A model generated the notes under the pieces. That model was not told where the DNA came from. It searched no databases and saw nothing but the letters and a program-made list of their open reading frames with translations. A stretch of 63,571 nucleotides of DNA, filler included, from Octopus bimaculoides (lineage: Eukaryota), in the NCBI RefSeq assembly GCF_001194135.2. It is 7 parts of 7 records of this genome, joined end to end, with 100 filler letters (N's around TTAATTAATTAA, not from the genome) between each part and the next. Parts side by side here need not be neighbours in the genome. Positions count along the whole stretch, not along the records: positions 1 to 29,190 come from NC_069007.1; positions 29,291 to 33,938 come from NW_026334085.1; positions 34,039 to 43,728 come from NC_068989.1; 4 more parts are not named here. One strand, 5' to 3'. Within the stretch, counting starts at the first letter, position 1, and the number at the start of each line of letters is the position of its first letter. This document shows positions 23,953 through 35,931 of the stretch, piece by piece. Made by a program: the position numbers and the translations under genes.

Positions 23953-24349
23953 CCCTTCAGATATCAACCTACCCAGGACTGCCTTTGGTTCTATGATATA
24001 AACTTGCCGTTTTAAAATGATCTGAATTAAAATCTTCTTCTTGGCCAAGGGCACAACACACCACTTGGTATTGAACTCATGACCTTACCATTGTAAGCTG
24101 AATACACTGACCACTAAGCCATATGCCTTTACACTCTTGATAAACACATCAACAGCAAACACATAGTTTGTATTGAACTAAACATGATACTAACCGAAAA
24201 CATAATGGTAAGATCTTAGCTACATGGAAGCCCCATCACCACCTGATTGACTTCTCCTGTGCTATAGAAATGGCCATTTAAATAAAGGAAGCTCTTCTGC
24301 AACATTCTATAAAACCATGGCAGTTTCTGGCAGATTGGTATCAAAAGGG
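23953..24349. mobile_element. piggyBac-type MITE (TTAA target, CCCTT termini) carrying a SINE head
   Basis: TTAA|CCCTTCAGATATCAAC ... GATTGGTATCAAAAGGG|TTAA; a minus-strand family E SINE head lies at about 24040-24130. Confidence 0.65.
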
Positions 24350-24516
24350 TTAAGCATGTATTTTCTAAAATATCTAATTGCTGGCAAGGTAACAGTATTT
24401 TGTTTTGTGACTGTAATATACTATTAAGTATATTATAGGTTTATAAGACAATACTATGTCCGACTATGTGTTAACAACACTATAATTTCATTTTTTAAGG
24501 TTATCAAGTCATCATC

Positions 24517-25230
24517 ATCATCATCGTCGTTTAACGTCTGCTTTCCATGCTAGCATGGGTTGGACGATTTGACTGAGGACTGGTGAAACCAGATGGCTAC
24601 ACCAGGCTCCAATCTGATTTGGCAGAGTTTCTACAGCTGGATGCCCTTCCTCACGCCAACCACTCAGAGAGTGTAGAGGGTGCTTTTACGTGCCACCGGC
24701 ACGAAGGCCAGTCAGGCGGTACTGGCAACGACCACGCTCAAAATAGTGTATTTTATGTGCCACCCGCACAAGAGCCAGTCCAGGGGCACTGGCAATGACC
24801 TCACTTGAAAGTCCTTAAACATGCCGCGGGCACAAGTGCCAGAAAGGCGACGCTGGGCACAGGTGCNNNNNNNNNNAAGGCCAGTCAGGCGGTACTGGCA
24901 ACGACCACGCTCAAAATAGTGTATTTTATGTGCCACCCGCACAAGAGCCAGTCCAGGGGCACTGGCAATGACCTCACTTGAAAGTCCTTAAACATGCCGC
25001 GGGCACAAGTGCCAGAAAGGCGACGCTGGGCACAGGTGCCATCACAATTTCACTTCCGCTTGCCCCAATAAGTCTTCGCAAGCTGAGTTTCGTGTCCAAT
25101 GAAGGAGACGATGTTGGCATGGGTGCCAGTTGTTGAATTTAATTCAATTTCGATTTCACTTGCCTCAACAGGTCTTTGCGAGTGGAGTTTAGTGTCCAAT
25201 GAAGGAAGGTACGCCTAAGTGGACTGGCTG
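24517..25230 (-). mobile_element. Family C element, near full length
   Basis: Same modules as 11790-12335. Confidence 0.85.
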
Positions 25231-25477
25231 AGGTCAATAGACCAATGTGACTAATCAGAGAAAATAGGTAATGGGTGAACATGCATATTTTGAAGATTAT
25301 TGTCCTTTCATCCACAAGCACATTGTTTAAATACACACTAGGTCTATTGGATAAGCCAATGCAATTGAAGATAGAAAAAATAGGTGATGGGTGTATATGC
25401 CTATTTTGAGGATTATTGACCTTTCAACAGTACCTCACCTAACCTATCAACCATCCACAAGCATATTGTTTAAATAC

Positions 25478-28150
25478 TGAAGAGTGGCACTTTATCATGC
25501 ATGAAAGAATAATTGGACACTCATATCACAGAAACCTACAGCAATCTGCACCGTAACCAGCCACTGCCACCTCTAAATGGGCTAAAGCATCTCTTAGAGT
25601 CTGATATCGAATTTCAAAATGGGAACATCAGGGAGAAAAGGGTGAATGATTTCGCAAGAAAAGCTAGAACAAAGAGTGCCCCAGGAGGTGATGGTGTCTT
25701 GTATAGTTTACAAATATTGCAGTTGTCTGCAAAAGAAATTTTTTGTCCTACTCCGAAGAGACTCTAGTAGAGGATTGGTGTAAGGCAGAAGGCATATACC
25801 TGCTGAAGGAGGCCAATGCAGAGACTATAAAACAGTTTAGGCCGATATCCTTATTGAATGTGGAAGGCAAGATCTTTATGGGAATTCTTTCAAGGAGAAA
25901 GAATGACATATTTACAGAGTAATGGATATGTTGATGTATCTGTTCAAACAGCCAGAATCCCTGGATGTGTTGAACACTGGATGCCAAACAGAACAAGAGA
26001 AGTCTGAACATGGTATGGCTTGACCTAACTAATGCATATGGCTCAGTGCCACACGAATTACTGAGGAGAGCCATGGACCACTTCCACATTCCAGACAAAA
26101 TAACCAAAATAATGAGGATGTATTTTGACAGTTTCGAGATGAAGTTTACAGCTGGAGATTTTACACAGATTGGCACTGATTGGAGATTGGCATTGCTGCT
26201 GGCTGTACAATATCTGTCACATGGTTTATCTTAGTCATGGAGATGATTTTGAAAGCTGTGGGTTTTTTTGGAACAAATCGCCCATGTACAGTCGCCTAAG
26301 AAAGCCTTCATAGATGATGTGACACTTCTATCTACAGATAAGCAAATCAAGCAGAGTGCCCTCTTGAGACTTGACAAGCTTGTGAGGCAGTCAAGGATGT
26401 AGTTTTAGAGCAAAAAAGTCACGAAGTCTGGGAGTGCAGAAAGAAGTTAAGTTTTGAGTCAAAGAAGAACCCGTCAAGAGCTTGGGGCAAGTATATACTG
26501 GAACATTGTCAGAAAGAAGTCGCAGAATGGAAATTATGAAACAAGCTGAGGTTGGATTATCAGCGATTGATAACTAAAAGTTACCAGGTAAATATAAAAT
26601 TTGGTGCTTAAAGTTCGGCTTGTATCCATGACTTTCCTGATCACTTTTAATATACGTGGTAGCATTGTCACGAGTTCAAATCATTGAACAAAAACGTAAT
26701 GTGTTCATTAGAAAGCGGCTAGGCCTACCTCGGAAGTTGAACAGTTTAGCTCTTTATCGTAAAAGAGGTTTGTTGCAGTTACCACTGGCATCAATAGTCA
26801 AAATATATAAACTGGGGAAGGTACGAATGATGATGATGCTGAGAGAATCGAAGGACATGGAAATCAGGCGTAATCCACCAGAGGTGAAAACGGCCAGGAA
26901 GTGGAAAGCAGAAGCAGAGACTGATGACATTGTGTCTTCTCTTACACACCGAGATACGGTGGGTGGAATGCAAAATCATCAGAAGGGACTTGGTTTTGGC
27001 ACAGATCAATTCAGACCATTTGCAAGTATGATGCAGAGCAAACGCAGATCTGTTGTTAGCAACAGCATCAAAACGAGGGAAGCAGAGAGAAGAGAGCTTC
27101 ATTTGATCCGATGTATTCAACAAGGACAGATGACGAGATGGGAGGAACATGTTTTTGAGAGGAAAATAAGTTGGGATGAAATATGGAGGTGGACCACATC
27201 TCGGCTAAGTTTTCTGATTCGTTCATCCTATGATGTTTTGCTATCACCTACAAATCTCGTAAGATGGAACATCTCAGACAATGACATATGCAAATGCGGA
27301 AAGGTCAGAACACTGAAACATATTCTTTCCAACTGTCCATTAGCATTGAAAAGGTATACATGGAGACACAACCTGGTCCTTAAGGTTATCCTCAATGCTA
27401 TAAAGAACCAAATTGATCTCAACAACAGTGAAAAAAAACTGTTGAAAGTACCAACTAGAGATTTCATTACCTTCGTGCGCTCAGGACAGTGGATCCATTT
27501 CAAGAAGAACAACAAACTTCCTGTGAACGATGAAAAGTGGAACGACTATTGGGAGGTGACTGCAGCTTTACCAGGGGAGCCAGGGACTCTTTCCAAACCC
27601 AGTTACGAGAAAACCGGACATTTTTAAGGTGGTGTGAAGGAAAGAAAGTTGTGAATCTAGTCGAGTTAACGGTGCCTCATGAAGATAACATGGACGCTGC
27701 TTGGGCTCGAAAGATTGACTGTTATATAAACCTCCTCGAAGAATATGAAGACACAGGCTGGAAAGTGGAGCATTTTCCAATCGAAGTTGGATGTAGAGGG
27801 TTTGTTGGACACACTATGAGACGACTGTTGTTATTGTAAGGCCTAACTCATCATAAAGTAAATACCATCATGATCGATATCCAAACTAGAGTGGAGATGG
27901 CTAACCACTGGATTTGGTTAAAAAGAGACTATGAGCAATGGCTAGAAGAATATTGAGCTGTGTTTGATAACCAGTTGATCTAGCAAGTGGGGCCTCATAT
28001 CAGGGGGTGGGAGCCGGTGCACATTGATGCTGTTGAGAAGTAGGCCCCGAAACGGTGCACATTCTCTCCTGATGACACCATACACTTGCTGGCTTTCAGT
28101 ATGCAAACGTCTCGACTGGTAGCACTTCCATGTGCAAGTTAGTTGCAAAA
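25478..28150 (+). mobile_element. Hero-clade (restriction-like endonuclease) non-LTR retrotransposon, 5'-truncated
   Basis: RT: KSAPGGDGV.Y, ISLLNVEGKIF, VWLDLTNAYGSVPH, AFIDDVTL. ORF 26656-27627: QQGQMTRWE...SWDEIW...RLSFLIRSSYDVL...CKCGK..TLKHILSNC...YTWRHNLVL. RLE: PD...VELTVPHE...RK...Y. Confidence 0.85.
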
Positions 28151-28544
28151 CATCTAGGTCTATGGGGTGACATAACTGGATAGGCAAATGCGATTGAAGA
28201 TACAAGAAATAGGTAATGGGTGTATATGCATATTTCGAGGATTATTGTCCTTTCATCAGCACCTCATCTAACCAGTTGGCCTGAGGCTATAGTAGAAGAC
28301 ACTTCCCGAAGGTGCCACGCAGTGGGACTGAACCTGGAACCATGTGGTTGGGAAACATGCTTCTTACAACACTCCTGCTCCTATATTTTATTTATATATN
28401 NNNNNNNNNNNNNNNNNNNNNNNNNNNNNNNNNNNNNNNNNNNNNNNNNNNNNNNNNNNNNNNNNNNNNNNNNNNNNNNNNNNNNNNNNNNNNNNNNNNN
28501 NNNNNNNNNNNNNNNNNNNNNNNNNTATATATATATATATATCT

Positions 28545-29190
28545 TATGCGTACCTTTCCTATGCTTATGGGTACCTTTCCTACATTGGACACTAAACTCC
28601 GCTTGCGAAGACTTGTTGAGGCAAGTGAAATCAAACTAAATTTGACGACTGGCACCCGTGCCAACGTCGTCTCCTTCATTGGACACAAAACTCAGCTTGC
28701 GAAGACTTATTGGGGCAAGCGAAAGCGAAATCGGTATAGCACCTGTGCCCAGCGTCGCCTTTCTAGCACTTGTGCCCGTGACATGTGTAAGGATTTTCAA
28801 GCGAGACCGTTGCCAGTGCCACCCCGCTGGACTGGCTCTTGTACTGGTCGCACATAAAATACACCATTTTGATCGTGGCTGTTGCCAGTACCGCCTGACT
28901 GGCTTTCGTAGGATTTTCAAGCGAGATCGTTGCCAGTGCCCCTGGACTGGCTCTTGTGTGGGTGGCACCTAAAATACACCATTTTGAGCGTGGCCGTTGC
29001 CAGTACCGCCTGACTGGTCTTCATGCGGGTGACACATAAAAGCACCCACTACACTCTCTGAGTGGTTGGCGTTAGGAAGGGCATCCAGCTGTAGAAACTC
29101 TGCCAAATCAGATTGGAGCCTGGTGTAGCCATCTGGTTCACCAGTCCTCAGTCAAATCGTCCAACCTATGCTAGCATGGAAAGCGGACGT
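28545..29190 (+). mobile_element. Family C element in sense orientation
   Basis: Reverse complement of 24517-25230, starting with the duplicated CCTTCATTGGACAC.AAACTC.GCTTGCGAAGAC module. Confidence 0.85.
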
Positions 29191-29234
29191 NNNNNNNNNN
29201 NNNNNNNNNNNNNNNNNNNNNNNNNNNNNNNNNN

Positions 29235-29246
29235 TTAATTAATTAA
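29235..29246. other. Artificial TTAATTAATTAA gap spacer (also 33983, 43773, 53971, 56066, 61516)
   Basis: The same 12-mer palindrome sits centred in Ns each time (44 N each side at 29191-29290) and has stops in all six frames. Confidence 0.9.
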
Positions 29247-29290
29247 NNNNNNNNNNNNNNNNNNNNNNNNNNNNNNNNNNNNNNNNNNNN

Positions 29291-29334
<44 letters not shown>

Positions 29335-29370
29335 GAAAAGTGATCTCTAAGGGTTAAGACTGGTACTTAC

Positions 29371-29616
29371 TATATGACTCCTGTATTGCGGCAACATCGT
29401 CTGCGTGGAGCCGCAGGTCTTTGATGTAGCCGCTGTACATGGGGAACATGACGGCGTTGGATATGTCGCTGTGTTTGATCCCGAGCGAGTGGCCGATCTC
29501 GTGGAGCATGACGCCGTAGAGATCTTTTTTGGAAGAGGCGTTGACGCCCCATTCCTCGTCGTCGTCGAAGTGGATCCTGCCGTCGGTTGGGTAGAAAGCG
29601 TGTGCCAGAACGCCAT
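29371..29616 (-). CDS. Matrix metalloproteinase (M10A) exon: catalytic Zn-binding region and Met-turn
   Basis: cacttag|AT GGC... gives (N)GVLAHAFYPTDGRIHFDDDEEW...VMLHEIGHSLGIKHSDISNAVMFPMY...LHADDVAAIQESY|gtaagt; 246 nt, phase 1-1. Confidence 0.97.
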
Positions 29617-29655
29617 CTAAGTGACACACAAAAGAAAAGAAAGGAAAAAAACAAC

Positions 29656-30400
<745 letters not shown>

Positions 30401-30402
30401 AA

Positions 30403-31058
30403 ATTCACTCACAAGGCTTTGGTTGGCCCGAGGCTATAGTAGAAGACACTTGCCCAAAGTGCTACACAGTGGGACTGAACCCGGAACCATGTGGTTGGTA
30501 AGCAAGCTACCTACCACACAGTCACTCTTGCGCCTATAAATATATATAAGATGGGCTTCTTTCAGTTTCCGCCTACCAAATCCACTCACAAGGCTTTGGT
30601 CGGCACCGAGGCTGTAGTAGAAGACACTTGCCCAAGGTGCCACGTAGTGGGACTGATACCGAAACCATGTGGCTGGTAAGCAAGTTACTTACCACACAGC
30701 CACTCCTGCACCTATAAATATATATACGATGGCCTTCTTTCAGTTTCCGTCTACCAAATCCACTCACAAGGCTTTGATCGGCCCGAGACTATAGTAGAAG
30801 ACATTTGCCCAAAGTGCCACGCACTGGGACTGAAACCGGAACCATGTGGTTCGTAAGCAAGCTACTTACCACACAGCCACTCCTGCACCTATAAATATAT
30901 ATACGATGGGCTTCTTTCAGTTTCCGTCTACCGAATCCACTCACAAGGCTTTGGTCGGCCCGAGGCTATAGTAGAAGACATTTGCCCAAAGTGCCAGGCC
31001 GTGGGGCTGAATCCGGAGCCATGTGGTTGGTAAGCGAGCTACTTACCACACAGCCGCA
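30403..31058 (-). repeat. Tandem array of family B SINE 5' halves (~179-bp period, ~3.7 units)
   Basis: Units restart at about 30546, 30726 and 30904 (ATATACGATGGGCTTCTTTCAGTTTCCG...ACTTACCACACAGCC). Confidence 0.88.
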
Positions 31059-31144
31059 GTTGTATATTCCCAAAATCTCCTCACTCTTCTCCGTCTTTGA
31101 TCAAAGAGAAAGATGATATCTTTGTTACATCGTGGTAGTCTTAC

Positions 31145-31281
31145 TTTTATCGTCAAAATCACTGCCGTCACCATGGGCCTTTTTGTAAAAATTGATTTTC
31201 AGATCAGCAGTCCCGGATACTTCTGTAAATGACAGTTGTGTGTGCCTCGCCCACTCATCGAACGCCCTTTTAAATTCAGAT
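31145..31281 (-). CDS. MMP exon: catalytic domain helix A to structural-Zn loop
   Basis: cctaacag|A TCT... gives (R)SEFKRAFDEWARHTQLSFTEVSGTADLKINFYKKAHGDGSDFDDK A|gtaaga; 137 nt; phases match both neighbours. Confidence 0.95.
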
Positions 31282-31346
31282 CTGTTAGGAAAAAGGGAAA
31301 CAGACAAATATAAAATTTGAGAATTGCAAGCGTATCTTAACCGGCG

Positions 31347-31489
31347 TAACCCTAACCCTAACCCTAACCCTAACACTAACCCTAACCCTAACCCTAACCC
31401 AAAACCCTAACCCAAAACCCTAACCCTAACCCTAACCTTAACCCTAAACATAACCCTAACCATGACCCTAACCCTAAACCCTAACCCTA

Positions 31490-31522
<33 letters not shown>

Positions 31523-31621
31523 CCCTAAACACTAACCCTACACCTAACCCTAAACATAACCCTAAACCTAACCCTAATCCTAACCACAAACCTAACCCTA
31601 ACCCTAACCCTAACCCTAGCC

Positions 31622-31652
<31 letters not shown>

Positions 31653-32300
31653 TTAAACCCTAACCCTAACTCCTAACCCTAACCCTAACCATAACCCTAA
31701 CCGTTACCCTAAACCTAACCCTAACCATAACCATAACCATAACCATAACCCTAACACTAAACCTAACCCTAACCCTAACCCTAACCCTAACCCTAACCCT
31801 AACCATAACCATAACCATAACCCTAACACTAAACCTAACCCTAACCCTAACCCTAACCCTAAACCTAACCCTAACCCTAACCCTAACCATAACCATAACC
31901 TTAACCCTAAACCTAACCCTAACCCTAACCCTAACCCTAACCATAACCATAACCTAACACTAAACCTAACCCTAACCCTAACCATAACCCTAACCCTAAC
32001 CCTAAACCTAACCCTAACCCTAACCATAACCATAACCATAACCTTAACCCTAAACCTAACCCTAACCCTAACCCTAACCATAACCATAACCTTAACACTA
32101 AACTTAACCCTAACCCTAACCCTAACCATAACCATAACCTTAACACTAAACCTAACCCTAACCCTAACCATAACCCTAACCATAACCATAACCCTAACCT
32201 TAAACATAACCCTAACCCTAACCCTAACCCTAACCCTAAACCTAACCCTAACCCTAACCATAACCATAACCATATCCCAAACCCTAACTCCAACCCTAAT

Positions 32301-32331
<31 letters not shown>

Positions 32332-32584
32332 TCCTAACTCTAACCCTAACCCTAACCCTAAACTTAACCCTAATCCTAACCCTAACCCTAACCATAACCA
32401 TAACCCTAACCTTAAACCTAACCCTAATCCTAACCCTAACCCTAAATCTAACCCTAACCCTAACCCTAACCATAACTCTAACCCTAAACCTAACCCTAAC
32501 CCTAATCCTAACCCTAACCCTAAACCCTAACCCTAATTCCTAACCCTATCCCTAACCATAACCCTAACCCTAATCCTAACCCTA
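31347..32584 (-). repeat. Interstitial telomeric-type array (TTAGGG)n with variant units
   Basis: About 1.24 kb of CCCTAA on +, with CCATAA, CCTTAA, CACTAA and CCCTAAA variants. Confidence 0.95.
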
Positions 32585-32666
32585 TTTCTCAACACAGTCA
32601 CAGTTTCTCTCAATAGCAACGTTACCCGTAACTTAGAAATTCAGCAAAAGAACCGATACCACTTAC

Positions 32667-32745
32667 CGTTGTTGGTCTTGCGAAATTTGGGTAGTATAGC
32701 TCTCAATTGTATACGTTAGGGCCTTTTTAGCCCACTTTTTGTGAT
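32667..32745 (-). CDS. MMP exon: start of catalytic domain
   Basis: ttttcag|AT CAC... gives (Y)HKKWAKKALTYTIESYTTQISQDQQ CG|gtaagt; 79 nt; matches the KW.K..LTY.I motif. Confidence 0.93.
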
Positions 32746-33442
32746 CTGAAAAGACAAAGGGCCCGGAAATATTAACCGGATGCAATCTCAGGTAAATAGA
32801 ATGATGGATACATACATACACACGCACACACACACACATACATATACATACATATATATATATACATACATATATATATANNNNNNNNNNNNNNNNNNNN
32901 NNNNNNNNNNNNNNNNNNNNNNNNNNNNNNNNNNNNNNNNNNNNNNNNNNNNNNNNNNNNNNNNNNNNNNNNNNNNNNNNNNNNNNNNNNNNNNNNNNNN
33001 NNNNNNNNNNNNNNNNNNNNNNNNNNNNNNNNNNNNNNNNNNNNNNNNNNNNNNNNNNNNNNNNNNNNNNNNNNNNNNNNNNNNNNNNNNNNNNNNNNNN
33101 NNNNNNNNNNNNNNNNNNNNNNNNNNNNNNNNNNNNNNNNNNNNNNNNNNNNNNNNNNNNNNNNNNNNNNNNNNNNNNNNNNNNNNNNNNNNNNNNNNNN
33201 NNNNNNNNNNNNNNNNNNNNNNNNNNNNNNNNNNNNNNNNNNNNNNNNNNNNNNNNNNNNNNNNNNNNNNNNNNNNNNNNNNNNNNNNNNNNNNNNNNNN
33301 NNNNNNNNNNNNNNNNNNNNNNNNNNNNNNNNNNNNNNNNNNNNNNNNNNNNNNNNNNNNNNNNNNNNNNNNNNNNNNNNNNNNNNNNNNNNNNNNNNNN
33401 NNNNNNNNNNNNNNNNNNNNNNNNNNNNNNNNNNNNNNNNNN

Positions 33443-33678
33443 CCATGTGGTTGGTAAGCAAGCTACTTACCACACAGCCACTCCTCCGCCTATATATATA
33501 CATATATATATATGAGGGGCTTCTTTCAGTTTCCGTCTACCAAATCCACTCACAAGGCTTTGGTCGGCCCGAGGCTATAGTAGAAGACACTTGCCCAAGA
33601 TACCACGCAGTGGGACTGAACCCGGAACCATGTGGTTGGTAAGCAAGCTACTTACCACACAGCCACTCCTACACCTAA
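33443..33678 (-). repeat. Tandem family B SINE heads in MMP intron (continues into a gap)
   Basis: Same unit as 30403-31058. Confidence 0.8.
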
Positions 33679-33715
33679 AACAGGTTTTCGTAAAATAAGA
33701 TATAATTTTACTTAC

Positions 33716-33834
33716 ACACTGAATATTCCTGGGGGATTACATCTGGAAATCCACATCGTGCGGCCTTCATGATGTTTCGGGTTTCTTGTGTGAATGTCCC
33801 AGTAACAGTCAAATTGAATTTTCGTTGAAAGACC
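33716..33834 (-). CDS. MMP exon: propeptide with cysteine switch
   Basis: ttttag|G GTC... gives VFQRKFNLTVTGTFTQETRNIMKAARCGFPDVIPQEYSV T|gtaagt; 119 nt. Confidence 0.93.
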
Positions 33835-34038
33835 CTAAAAAACGGAGGACAACGAACAAAATTAATTTAAATATAGATTACAAATAGGCGTTGTTATTAT
33901 TATTATTATCATTATTATTATTATTATTATTATTATTANNNNNNNNNNNNNNNNNNNNNNNNNNNNNNNNNNNNNNNNNNNNTTAATTAATTAANNNNNN
34001 NNNNNNNNNNNNNNNNNNNNNNNNNNNNNNNNNNNNNN

Positions 34039-34091
<53 letters not shown>

Positions 34092-34337
34092 ATATAACAC
34101 AGAATGGGACAAGAACGCAAAACATCCAGACAGTTAGGTAATACAGAAAGGGACAAAACATCCAGATAGACGCTACAATGAAAACACGGATAGGTCATTC
34201 GGAGTTATCTTTCCTCAGTCGAGATCCAGATTATCCTTGCAATTTCGGCTGGTTATTCTCGATATTGCTCCAATCTGGCCAGCCCCAAGGAGAAACTAAG
34301 CTAAGAGCATTAGATTCGTTGGAAGAAAGCAGCGAAC

Positions 34338-34372
<35 letters not shown>

Positions 34373-34547
34373 CATATATAAACATACCTGTCTGTATGTA
34401 CTTATGTACTTAGGTATACATAAATACATGTATATGTATATGTATATACGCATATATATGTGTGTATGTGTGTGTGTGTGTGTTGAATAAAATGAGATAA
34501 CAAAACGGCTGTGTGGAAATTATGGGACATTTATAAAGAGAAAGGTA

Positions 34548-34595
34548 GCCTTACAGCTGTTTCTGGGATATTAGGGATATCTCTTCGTCAGAGAC
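34548..34595 (-). ncRNA. Minimal hammerhead ribozyme, probably at the end of a PLE remnant (~34490-35040)
   Basis: Reverse complement GTCT-CTGACGA-AGAGATAT cccta ATATCCCA-GAAA-CAGCTG-TA-AGGC: stem II GATAT/ATATC, palindromic stem III CAGCTG, 4-bp stem I with one G-U pair. Confidence 0.65.
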
Positions 34596-35068
34596 GATAT
34601 GACAGAGATAACTAGAGGGAAATAATAGAGTTCAATAGAGGGATTTATTTTGGAAAAAGATGGATATAGGATGTATAAAGGGAAATAAGTAAATAAAAAT
34701 AAAAGTAAAAATATAAGTAGGTTGTTACAGTTGCAGTTCCATTATCCAAGGAAAGTGGTGTGTAGAATGGGTAGAAATGCTTCTTGCCCGTGGTATGTAG
34801 ATTCTGATAGGAGTTTATATTTTGTTATTACAGGTGAATATGGATATATTAGTTTAAGGCTAGATCAGAAAGATGAACGGAACATATACTGCTGGAGTGA
34901 CTCATATACTAAAAACAGAGTAAAATATATCGTAAAATTCGAACTGACCAGCACTTCAAGATTCGGCTATCGGCTCAGTCAATTGGATAGAATTAACAGA
35001 TAGGTGAAACTTGAAACTCCAATCAGCTCGAATTTTGCAATATACATTTGTGTGTGTGTTTGTGTGTA

Positions 35069-35160
<92 letters not shown>

Positions 35161-35651
35161 TGTAAAGGGAGAGAGGGGGATAGGAAGACAGATAGATAGG
35201 TAGATACATACATACATACTGATATCCTTACATAAACATACACGCGACAACACAGCGCACGTCCACACCTACACACACGTACGTACACACATTGCACATA
35301 CACACATACATGCATACATGCATACATACATACATACGTATGGATCGATGGATCGATGGCTCGATAGATGGATCAATGGATCGATGGATCGATCGATCGA
35401 TCGATCGATCTGCAAGTCAATTTATTTTACTCTACCTCATTCCTATAATTCCACAAATGAGCAACCTACCAAGTCTTGAAATCAATATTTTGTTCAAACA
35501 GTATGACTCCCTAACGCCCTGATAATTTACGATGCATCAGCTTTTCTTTGAAGAAGAACCTTTCCCGAAACCTTTCAATACCAGTCTCCACCACGGTATA
35601 CAAACTTATTTACATCTGCGGGCTTCTATCATCGAAATGGATGGCTTAGAG

Positions 35652-35931
35652 CAGTGGTTCCTAATCACTGGGATGCAAACCAATACTTGGCCGCACTGAA
35701 GAAAATGTATTTAAAAATTTTTATTTTTATTTTATTGGCTATTGCTATCTGCGGGATGTTTTCACGTTATACATATATTATATGCGTAATATATATGTAT
35801 TATATACGCAATGATTCATTTATATGTTATGCACTTCATTATGTTTAGTTATGCGCATGATTACCTCATTCGGGGAAAAACTGTCTTGCATGAAAATAGG
35901 TCCGTGGTACAAAAATGAGTTAGGGCCGCTG
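35652..35931. mobile_element. hAT (Charlie-type) MITE
   Basis: Termini CAGTGGTTCCTAA ... TTAGGGCCGCTG; 8-bp flanks GCTTAGAG (35644-35651) and ATTTAGAG (35932-35939). Confidence 0.75.

Noticed and set aside
24700-25040. Exact ~165-bp tandem duplication in a family C element
   Set aside because: The copies are separated by a 10-N gap and look identical, so this is probably an unmerged contig overlap.
28040-28090. GAAAC...CTGATGA in the Hero 3' region as a permuted hammerhead
   Set aside because: No stem II pairing (CCCC versus CACC) and no credible stems I or III.
31666-32293. VRVR and GLGL ORFs as genes; the array as a chromosome end
   Set aside because: They are frames of the telomeric repeat. 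In-phase MMP exons on both sides show the array is interstitial.
35455-35510. Minus-strand donor gtaggt as the end of the missing MMP exon
   Set aside because: The required frame is closed about 35 nt upstream and has no prodomain similarity.
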